DNA of 42,139 nt. It comes from Nitrososphaerota archaeon (GTDB lineage: Archaea > Thermoproteota > EX4484-205 > JAAOZP01). Of this stretch, positions 27,313 through 35,931 are shown piece by piece; position 1 is the first letter of the stretch; every line of letters starts with the position of its first letter. The notes beneath the pieces were generated by a model that was given only the letters and a program-made list of their open reading frames with translations, was not told the origin of the DNA and searched no databases. A program made the translations under genes and the position numbers. The stretch spans positions 1-42,139 of the forward strand of contig JAAOZP010000002.1 of the NCBI GenBank assembly GCA_011605725.1. The letters run 5' to 3'.

Positions 27313-29331
27313 ATGTCAAAAGAAACGCTTAAAAGTGGGTTAACCGTAAGAGCAATCGCTGTTGCAACAATCATAGCCCTTCTATACACAGTCCCGTTAA
27401 TCTGGTGGATGCGATATCAGTCAGCAAGATTCGCGGTTAGAAGGCTTTCTCCTATGGCTATGCACATGATGTTTCTAACTTTCATAGTTGGTATAACGGC
27501 GGTTATTACTAGAAAGTCACTCAATAAAGCATTCTCTAGTCAAGAGTTAACTGTGATATACTCTATCCTGGCTGCTACCCTTCCAATTCCTTGGGCGCTT
27601 GGAATAGTTGAGTACTCTTGGCTCCTAACACCGTTGAGAGTAGGGGATTATCCAGGTGTTTGGCAGGCTGTGCCGGACTTCTGGTTACCTAAGTCGCTCG
27701 GGATAGACGTCATCTGGACAGGAGGAATCGGGCTTTCAGAATTCATCCCAATAGCAATCCTCTGGTCTACCGTGACCATTGTTCTCTATGTTTTCAGCTA
27801 CTCGATAGGTCTTCTTCTGAGGAAACCTTTTCTAGAGGTTGAAAAATTGCCCTATCCAATGTTGACGCCAGCCTCCTTTGTTATTGAGAAAGCAACTACT
27901 GCTGAAGAGGGAGGGTTACCTGCAATACTTAAGGCTAAAATGTTCTGGATCGCTTTCCTAATCGGTTGGCTGGTTAACTTCTATTACAGTCCGACTGGAG
28001 GTGGTGGACAGGGCTCCGGCTTGGAGCTTCTCCTAGGCTACCCCTCTCCAGAACCTTACATGGCCTACACTTACCTAAGTGGCAAGCTTCCATCCCCATT
28101 CACGAACATCGTAATGGCATGGGATTTCGACGCCCTTGGAATAGGACTGTACTTACTGTTCCCCCTGGATGTCCTGTTAACAGGAATAATATTCCACGTG
28201 ATTTGCTATATAATATGGCCGATAATCCAGGTATCAACAGGGCTGGTTAAACCTCAGCCCGGTGGTGGAGAATGGGGCGCATACGGCATCGTTAACTCAA
28301 GCGACGTCTTCGTGCCTGAGTCGTTCCTTGACGTGGGTGCATACATCGGTATAGGTCTCTTGGCTCTATGGGTTATTAGGAAACCTTTGATAGAGTCAGT
28401 TAGACACGCTATCAAAGGGACGGGAGATGAGAGGCCATTCTCATATAGAACCATATGGATGCTAATCGTAGTTACGGCAATAATCCTAACCGGCTTCTTA
28501 ACAGCGAGTGGGGCCGACATATTGTCATCTATAGTTACTGTGGCTCTTCTCGCCTTCGCCATACTCATTCTCGCAAGAGTAAGAGGGGAGGTGTGGCCAG
28601 GATATTCTAATGCTTGGTGCTGTATTCAAGTGCAGAACTCCAGCACAAATCCTCTGAATCCTGTTGCAGTTGTCCAGGTGGTTTCTGGTGCTAAAAGTGG
28701 CGTGCCCGTGAGTACAGATGTGGCGAGGTCGATCTACGTTACCAGTGGTTTCCTGAATGTCACCAGTTACTACGGACTGTGGACACCGGCAATCGCCTCC
28801 TTGGAGTCATTGAAGCTTGCTGAAGAAACAGGAACCAACCCTAGGGATGTCGTGATTGTTGCAGTACCTGTAGCTATCGTAGTGACCTTCCTAACATTCC
28901 TATTCCTATCGATGAACGTTACGCAGTTTGGGGCAAGGAGATTCCTCTCTGACTGGTGGACATCCGGCCAGTTTGACCGCATAGGCAATCAGGATGCAGC
29001 TAATGCTCTTAGAAGCGGGATAACCCTGCCGACGATTGGGAGAACAGTCTGGACTATTCTCGGTGCAGTAGTTGCAATCGGATTAGGCTTGGCTAGAATC
29101 ACGATATCAGGTTTCCCACTGAACCCGTTAGGAATGATAATGTTCTCAAACAGCTTCTATGGATTCGGCTACGGTCTTGTTGCATACATAATCAAGTTCC
29201 TAGTGTTGAAGATAGCCGGTGCTAAAGCGTGGGAGGAGAAGGGTCTGCCTTTAGCGCTGGGTTTATTCCTCGGCGGGTACATAGGCTTCTACCCGACCAG
29301 GGCGCTAGTATGCTTCCTACTGGGGAGGTGA
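27313..29331 (+). CDS. Polytopic membrane protein, OPT-superfamily-like paralogue A
   Basis: About 16 hydrophobic segments, KSGLTVRA N-terminus, SQEL..IY, EKLPYP and PLNPLG. Confidence 0.65.
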   Translation: MSKETLKSGLTVRAIAVATIIALLYTVPLIWWMRYQSARFAVRRLSPMAMHMMFLTFIVGITAVITRKSLNKAFSSQELTVIYSILAATLPIPWALGIVEYSWLLTPLRVGDYPGVWQAVPDFWLPKSLGIDVIWTGGIGLSEFIPIAILWSTVTIVLYVFSYSIGLLLRKPFLEVEKLPYPMLTPASFVIEKATTAEEGGLPAILKAKMFWIAFLIGWLVNFYYSPTGGGGQGSGLELLLGYPSPEPYMAYTYLSGKLPSPFTNIVMAWDFDALGIGLYLLFPLDVLLTGIIFHVICYIIWPIIQVSTGLVKPQPGGGEWGAYGIVNSSDVFVPESFLDVGAYIGIGLLALWVIRKPLIESVRHAIKGTGDERPFSYRTIWMLIVVTAIILTGFLTASGADILSSIVTVALLAFAILILARVRGEVWPGYSNAWCCIQVQNSSTNPLNPVAVVQVVSGAKSGVPVSTDVARSIYVTSGFLNVTSYYGLWTPAIASLESLKLAEETGTNPRDVVIVAVPVAIVVTFLTFLFLSMNVTQFGARRFLSDWWTSGQFDRIGNQDAANALRSGITLPTIGRTVWTILGAVVAIGLGLARITISGFPLNPLGMIMFSNSFYGFGYGLVAYIIKFLVLKIAGAKAWEEKGLPLALGLFLGGYIGFYPTRALVCFLLGR

Positions 29332-29377
29332 CTTCCCCTCGCTCAAAAGGTTTTTTCCCCTATTTATTTTTAGTTTA

Positions 29378-32300
29378 ATGGCATTATCTTTAACTATTGG
29401 TAACACGGTTTTTAGCTTAACGTCATCCAATCAGGCTGAAAGTATTGTTGAGGGAGCAGTTTCCACTGGTGCGGGGTTGTCCAGTATAAATTTTAGGAAT
29501 ATAATTAACCATTTAGAATATTTGTCCTCGCTAAACAGATACACGGGTTATCCTGGATGTGAAGAAGCATCGAAATACATTTTTAATTACTTAAGTAAAA
29601 CATTAGGGCTGAAAACCTGGATTGAAGAGTACGAGCTCCCAATACCTTTCGACTACGGTTCGAGTATAACCGTTTACCTTGACGGGGTAATGAAGATCGT
29701 TGAAGCATATGCTTTGCTTCCAAACAACGTGCAGACTTCCTACGGCAACTATACTGGTTATTTAGTATACTGCGGGTTTGGAACAATAGATGATCTTAAC
29801 AATGTTAAGGGAGAGATAAACGGTAGTATCGCTCTTATGGAGTTCAACTCGGGATACAACTGGTTAAACGTTATGCGACTAGGGGCTAAAGCTGTTGTCT
29901 TCATCGCTCCGAACGATACTATGCGCAGCGAAAGCGATCGAAAGAATCTGGATATTCCTCTGAAATTCCCAAGGGTTTATGTTTCGAGGGATGACGGAGC
30001 TTACCTTAGAAATCTAGCTGTTTCTGGGAAAAGTGTAACTACAACCGTTAGAGTGGGCATGAAATGGATCCATGCGAAGGCGAAGAACATTATTGCGGTG
30101 CTAAACGGGACGGATCCGAAGGAGATGGAGAACACTATCGCCTTAATGGCTTACTATGACTCAGCATCCATAGTTCCCGCTCTCTCACCAGGAGCAGAGG
30201 AAGCTGTTGGAATCGCTTCTCTCTTGGAACTGGCTCGCCTGCTGAAGGAGAATCCTCCGAGGAGGCCAGTCTGGTTCATAGCTTTCTCAGGGCATACTCA
30301 GGCAATGGCTGGGGGAAGAGACTTCATATGGCATAGTGAAGAGTTGGTTGAAAGTGGAGACGGGGCTTCTAAACCGTTCGTATGGCACTATGACCACATA
30401 GGGACTACTGAAAACAAGAATCTAGCTCCCTATGCGATAAAAATGGCTATAAGCTTAGATTTCTCGTCTGATTCCGACGCGATAGCGGTGGCTGGTTACG
30501 GGCGTTTCTACGGTTTGGGCGGTCCCTGGTATGATTGGTATAGTTATGATAAGGATCTTACAAGATTCCTGTTCACAGGGGGACGATATGGGGAGTATAG
30601 TCCTTCAGAGAACATCTATCGCTTGAGAAAAGACGTTTTGCCGGCGAATGCGTCGCGCACGGCTTACAGGGCATTCGGACTGTGGGCGAGTCAACTAGAT
30701 ATGAACCAGTATCTCCCAGGGGCATTAACCTACGAGGCGGAAATATTCGCTAGAACAGGAATATGGGGAATCTGCTTCACCACTGCTCTCTCCATTAAGC
30801 TGACTTACAACACTCCGTTTAACTTGTTCGAGAGAATAAAGTTTGAAAATGTTGTTCCACAGGTCGAGTTCTCGTTTGCACTGATAAATGCAATATTGAA
30901 TGACACGGAGTGGTTTGATTTTAGCAAAGTAACAATCAGCGGGGGTCAAAAAGCAGGTGCTTTCTTCACTCATAAGCATAAGGATGATGCTGGAGTTGGC
31001 TACGTTGTTGTCCACGGTCGCGTTGGCTTATGGAATATAACAAGGAACTGGTACGAGTACAACTGGACGAGTATAGCTGGAGAGGAATGTGATATTCTGC
31101 TCTCTATACGTATAACCAACAGGGCTGACGTGTATGGTCATGAATGGATTCAATTCGCGAATATGGATGACGGTACGTTTGTTTCAAAGGGCATGTTGCC
31201 GAGCCTAGGCTGGGCAGCTCCTCTTGCTGAGTATGAGATTCTACCGTATCTCATAAACAGGACCACAGGAGATATTGAGTATGCTCCCGACATGGGTGTG
31301 TATGGCGGGTATCTTTGGCCACATGGCTACCGGTTCCTCACTTTCGACGATCCCCTTATTGATGGAAGTGGAGATAAAATTGTAAACCTCAGTATGTTCA
31401 AGGCAAGTACAATAGCGCTTCACGACCTGTTTGACCCAAGAACTCTCCTAACTCCAAGCATGGGGTCTTATATTAGGATCCTTGATACGAGTGATGTGGA
31501 ATTAACCCAGTTTAGCTACATAATGTCCGCTTCACCGTCGTTTGAAAGCGCAGAGAACATTGTGCTGGGAGACCCCACTTCAGGTTATGAAGCTGTAATT
31601 TTTGTTCCTCCTGATAGCAGAATAAAAATACTTTTCATGACTGAGCAGACCGCTTTAGGTATATTAACCAATAACGGGGATGGGATTAAGGTTTCAGAGA
31701 AATATTTGAATATTATTCCAACCCCGTTGCACTTTACACGTGATCTTATGAGTTTGGTTGAAGCAAGAGTAAGCGGTTTGACTGCAGTACAGCTTGCCGG
31801 AGGGGGGAAAGGTGCTTACATTAATGAACTTTATAGCCAGAGCATTAAGGAGTTAGAGTCGGCCCGCGAGTTAAAAGGGGAGAACAAGCATGGCGACTAT
31901 TATCTCGCCCTTTTAAAGTCTTGGTACTATATTCAGCTCGCCTATTCTGAAACTAAAAGCATTCTAATGGATTCATCAGTCACCGCAGTCTTCTTTTTTA
32001 TTCTAATCGTGCCGTTTTCTTTTCTCATCGAAAGGCTGGTTTTCTCTGCTAAAGGGAATAGAAGGGTCTTAACCATAATCGTGGTTTTCGTAATCCTAAT
32101 GATAATGCTGTTTCTAATCCATCCCGGTTTCAGAGTAACTCCTTTCTCGATGGTTTCCGCTCTCGGCTTCATATGTTTATCCTTAGTGGCTCTAATTCTC
32201 GTTTTCATGTCGAACGAGATTGCTGGAGTACTTAGGGAATTGAGAAGGAGACTCATAGGCGTCTCTTTCGTCCAGGCTGACACTCTCGGATCCATAATGG

Positions 32301-33979
32301 TGTCCTTCTCGCTTGCTGTTGAGAATATGCGGAAGAGAAAGTTCCGCACCATTCTTGTCCTCTCCAGTCTAGCAATCATAACGTTTGCTTCTGCAAGCTT
32401 CATTTCCATTAGCCCTATCCAAATAACGGTGAGGCTTCCAGTTGAGTCTTCAGGAGGATTCCAAGCAAGGTATCAGGGAGTACTTATTACCGGTACTGAT
32501 TTCTTCGTCCCCATAAACCCGATTGTGACCAGTGTCGCTAGCAACCTGGCAGGAGATGATGTAACTGTTGCGCCGAGGGCGATAATACCCGTAAGCACTG
32601 GAGGAAGCTACCTGTACAATAAGCTGGGTAAGCAGATACTTATAGCTGGGGTTTTCGGCTTCGCGCCTGAAGAGAAGAGCATCCTGCGCCTTCAGGACAC
32701 CATAATACCAGATTACAAGGGTGTTTCTGCCTTAAAGCCATGGTTTACTGAGGAGGATAAGAATGTCTGCTATATTACTGAGGATATTGCTAAAGAGTTA
32801 GATGTCGTGCCTGGAGAAACAGTTGTGTTCTACGGTGTCGAACTGAAAGTGCTAGGAGTCATAAGCCAGCAGCGTCTCAGCAATGTTACAGATATTGATG
32901 GAATTCCAGTTGCTCCATTCGATCCATTGACTACTCGCCCACCGAGGCCGAGAGTATATTGGGGAATAATCTTCATTCCTTACAGGTTCGCCATGGACCT
33001 GGGGGGAATAACATACTCAGTAGCAGTAAGCCTTGAAGACTCGTCTACTGTTTCCAAGGTGGCTGAGAAGATTGCGAAGTACCTTGGTCTAACTTCCCAC
33101 TATGTTTTCGCGGTTGAGGATGTGGTTTCAAATAGAAGCTTCAGATACACTTCTGAAAGAATGTTCGACGTGTCAAACTGGCAGTTCTCCCTAATTCCAA
33201 TAGTAATATGCGCACTAGTACTGTTATCCACGATAACTGGGGCGGTGTATGAAAGGGTGAGGGAGATCTATATCTATTCAGTAATAGGGTTGAACCCTAT
33301 GAACGTTGTTGGAATGTTCCTAGGCGAATGCCTAGCATATGCGTTGATAAGTGCACCCTTAGGTTATATTTTAAGCTCCATACTTGGAAACTTTTCAAGC
33401 GTGTTTGCAAACTATGCTTCCACCTCGGTTATCATAGTGATCCTTTCCTCAATACTGATAATCTTGTCCTCCTCGATCTATCCGCTTCGTAAGGTTGCTA
33501 AGCTCGTAACACCGTCTCTAGAACGAGTGTGGCGTCCTCCTACGAAGCCTAAGGGTAATACTTGGGATATTCCTCTCCCAATAGCGATGGAGACGGAAGA
33601 AGAGGCTGTTGGAATGGTCGCGTTCATCACGGAGTACTTAAAATCATATGGGAGTGAGGCAACTAGCTTCATGGTTGAAAAGCTTGCGCACGAGAAGAAG
33701 ACTGAGGAAGGAAAAAATGTTTATATGAGTAGGGCCGTAATTAGATTAAGACCTTATGAAACCGGTCTAGCTGAGGAAATGATTTTCAAAGCTTCACGCG
33801 TTAAAAACCGGTACGTGATCACGTTGGTTGCAAACCTTGTTTCCGGACCCAGAGTCCTATGGGTAGGCAGTCATCTAAGGGTTGTCGATATGGTTAGAAA
33901 AACAATGCTCGTATGGAAATCTTTGAGCAGCGAGGAGAAAAATAAGTTTCTAAAGCTTGGGGAGGAGATGTTTAGATGA
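29378..33979 (+). CDS. Giant membrane protein: PA + M28-peptidase-like ectodomain fused to a FtsX/MacB-like permease
   Basis: R.TGYPG, PA-like GAKAVVF, NIIAVL.G, AYYDS..PGAEE, a TM block, NMRKRKFRT, ERVREI.IYSVIGLNP..V..MF..E (FtsX) and a C-terminal VTPSLER.W tail. Confidence 0.8.
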   Translation: MALSLTIGNTVFSLTSSNQAESIVEGAVSTGAGLSSINFRNIINHLEYLSSLNRYTGYPGCEEASKYIFNYLSKTLGLKTWIEEYELPIPFDYGSSITVYLDGVMKIVEAYALLPNNVQTSYGNYTGYLVYCGFGTIDDLNNVKGEINGSIALMEFNSGYNWLNVMRLGAKAVVFIAPNDTMRSESDRKNLDIPLKFPRVYVSRDDGAYLRNLAVSGKSVTTTVRVGMKWIHAKAKNIIAVLNGTDPKEMENTIALMAYYDSASIVPALSPGAEEAVGIASLLELARLLKENPPRRPVWFIAFSGHTQAMAGGRDFIWHSEELVESGDGASKPFVWHYDHIGTTENKNLAPYAIKMAISLDFSSDSDAIAVAGYGRFYGLGGPWYDWYSYDKDLTRFLFTGGRYGEYSPSENIYRLRKDVLPANASRTAYRAFGLWASQLDMNQYLPGALTYEAEIFARTGIWGICFTTALSIKLTYNTPFNLFERIKFENVVPQVEFSFALINAILNDTEWFDFSKVTISGGQKAGAFFTHKHKDDAGVGYVVVHGRVGLWNITRNWYEYNWTSIAGEECDILLSIRITNRADVYGHEWIQFANMDDGTFVSKGMLPSLGWAAPLAEYEILPYLINRTTGDIEYAPDMGVYGGYLWPHGYRFLTFDDPLIDGSGDKIVNLSMFKASTIALHDLFDPRTLLTPSMGSYIRILDTSDVELTQFSYIMSASPSFESAENIVLGDPTSGYEAVIFVPPDSRIKILFMTEQTALGILTNNGDGIKVSEKYLNIIPTPLHFTRDLMSLVEARVSGLTAVQLAGGGKGAYINELYSQSIKELESARELKGENKHGDYYLALLKSWYYIQLAYSETKSILMDSSVTAVFFFILIVPFSFLIERLVFSAKGNRRVLTIIVVFVILMIMLFLIHPGFRVTPFSMVSALGFICLSLVALILVFMSNEIAGVLRELRRRLIGVSFVQADTLGSIMVSFSLAVENMRKRKFRTILVLSSLAIITFASASFISISPIQITVRLPVESSGGFQARYQGVLITGTDFFVPINPIVTSVASNLAGDDVTVAPRAIIPVSTGGSYLYNKLGKQILIAGVFGFAPEEKSILRLQDTIIPDYKGVSALKPWFTEEDKNVCYITEDIAKELDVVPGETVVFYGVELKVLGVISQQRLSNVTDIDGIPVAPFDPLTTRPPRPRVYWGIIFIPYRFAMDLGGITYSVAVSLEDSSTVSKVAEKIAKYLGLTSHYVFAVEDVVSNRSFRYTSERMFDVSNWQFSLIPIVICALVLLSTITGAVYERVREIYIYSVIGLNPMNVVGMFLGECLAYALISAPLGYILSSILGNFSSVFANYASTSVIIVILSSILIILSSSIYPLRKVAKLVTPSLERVWRPPTKPKGNTWDIPLPIAMETEEEAVGMVAFITEYLKSYGSEATSFMVEKLAHEKKTEEGKNVYMSRAVIRLRPYETGLAEEMIFKASRVKNRYVITLVANLVSGPRVLWVGSHLRVVDMVRKTMLVWKSLSSEEKNKFLKLGEEMFR

Positions 33980-35898
33980 CGGAGAGTGAAAAATCTGGGT
34001 TAACGTTTCGCTCTATGCTGGCTATTGTTTTCGCCGCCACCATACTTATGCCGGTTACAATATGGATGCAGCTGGTTGGTGGTCAGGCCGCTGGTTTAGG
34101 TTTCACCACAATCCTACTATTCATTTTCGTAACAAAGTATTTCGGAAGAAGCCCTCTTACTCCGCAGGAAATAATACTCATAAACATCGGTATTGGGATT
34201 GCTGCCTATGTTCCTTTCTTTGCAACCTTCATTAACAGAGCCTATTTCGCCGGAAGCCCAGAGGCTTACATGTTCGGCATCACCAAGTTTATTCCCTCCT
34301 GGTGGGTGCCTGAGAACCCGCTTATACGCAGTCAAGCAGTAAGGACACTTCTTCACACTGATTGGATAATGCCGATAGCTATATCGCTGCTTACTTCAGT
34401 CATACTATACTTACCCATACAGCTTCTTCTCGGTTACATCGCATACCAGACATACGTGGTTGAGGAGAATCTTGTATTCCCTCTTGCTAAAGCTGAGGCT
34501 GAGACAGCTATAACGCTTGGAGAAAGAGATCCTAGAAAAACGAGATTCATGTTAATTGGGTTTATAATTACATTCTCATACTCGCTGATCGTCTATGGGC
34601 CTTATATACTTGGTCCGATAATAGGTGTTCCAATGAGTGCTATTCCAGTGCCGTTTGCAGATTTTACATCGCGAACTGAGCATCTCCTGCCAGGGGCTCT
34701 CATAGGCATAGCTACTGACCCTTTTACATTCTTTAACGGATTCATTATACCTGGGAAATCAGTGCTCTGCATGATTATCGGTTCTATTACTATATGGATA
34801 GTCGGCAATATGGTTGGGATTACTTATTTTAAGAGCGAATTCCTGCCTGAGTGGACATCGGGTTTCAGCTTGGCCTTAACGTATCAACGCTCTTTCTTAC
34901 ATACTTGGGCAAGTGTTATGATCGGTTTCTCATTCGCCATCGCGATAACGCAACTGATAGATGCTAGAAGATCAGTGGTTAAATCACTGTTCTCGCTGAA
35001 GAGGATCGGCGGTTCGAAAGGCTCATCATTCTGGTATCTTATACTTATGTACGCTGTCTGCTCATCAATATGGGTTGTTCTTTCACACTGGCTTCTCCCA
35101 GATTTCCCAATACTGCCGCTCGCCTTCCTAATAGTTGTCTGGCCTTTTGTCACTGCGCTCATAAACGCTAGGGCTCTTGGTGAAGTAGGATATCCTGTCG
35201 CAGCCCTGCCGATGAGGGAGATGGTTTATGTGGCAACTTTAACGGCTAACAATATACCTGTCTACAGCAATCTGGGAGTAGGCGTCTGGTTCCTTCCCCT
35301 GCCTTCTACAGTAGGCGTTTATCCTTCAGCTGAAACATGGGTTGGCCACTTCTACACTGCGAGATACGTCGGGCTCTCTATTAAAGACGTGGTTAAGGCG
35401 GTCGTCATGATAGCTATCCCGCTGTCCTTAATCATGAGCTTCATATACACTAATGTGATATGGTCTTTCAGCCCAATACCTTCTCAAGTCTATCCTTGGG
35501 CTGCGATAAACTGGCCTGTTGGTGTTATTCAAAGTGCGCTATGGATCACCCGGTCAGTTACGGTTTTGAAGTCAGCAATAATAAACCCAGGTACACCTCC
35601 CCTTTTAGAGGGGTCCTTCATCATTATGACTCTAGCATACGCGATTGCTAAAGTGACCCACCTGCCTTTCTCTCCAGTAGCCTTCGTAGTGGGGGGAAGC
35701 GTCCTGCCTCCTTATGCTATAACTGCTTTAATCGGATATATCGTCTACAGAGCTGTATGTTCAAGATTTGGAAAGGAGAATGTTGACAAGTATAAGTGGC
35801 CTTTCTACGCTGGCGTATTCATAGGATACGGCTCAGCAACCGCCATGTTGATCACTCTCACAATAGGTTTAAAAGCCATGTGGATGCTTCCATACTAG
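33976..35898 (+). CDS. Polytopic membrane protein, OPT-superfamily-like paralogue B
   Basis: KSGLTFRS, LTPQE and EENLVFP, with many transmembrane segments. ATGA overlap with the upstream gene. Confidence 0.68.
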   Translation: MTESEKSGLTFRSMLAIVFAATILMPVTIWMQLVGGQAAGLGFTTILLFIFVTKYFGRSPLTPQEIILINIGIGIAAYVPFFATFINRAYFAGSPEAYMFGITKFIPSWWVPENPLIRSQAVRTLLHTDWIMPIAISLLTSVILYLPIQLLLGYIAYQTYVVEENLVFPLAKAEAETAITLGERDPRKTRFMLIGFIITFSYSLIVYGPYILGPIIGVPMSAIPVPFADFTSRTEHLLPGALIGIATDPFTFFNGFIIPGKSVLCMIIGSITIWIVGNMVGITYFKSEFLPEWTSGFSLALTYQRSFLHTWASVMIGFSFAIAITQLIDARRSVVKSLFSLKRIGGSKGSSFWYLILMYAVCSSIWVVLSHWLLPDFPILPLAFLIVVWPFVTALINARALGEVGYPVAALPMREMVYVATLTANNIPVYSNLGVGVWFLPLPSTVGVYPSAETWVGHFYTARYVGLSIKDVVKAVVMIAIPLSLIMSFIYTNVIWSFSPIPSQVYPWAAINWPVGVIQSALWITRSVTVLKSAIINPGTPPLLEGSFIIMTLAYAIAKVTHLPFSPVAFVVGGSVLPPYAITALIGYIVYRAVCSRFGKENVDKYKWPFYAGVFIGYGSATAMLITLTIGLKAMWMLPY

Positions 35899-35931
35899 GT
35901 AGGTGACAATTCTTCAAAATCATAACATGCT

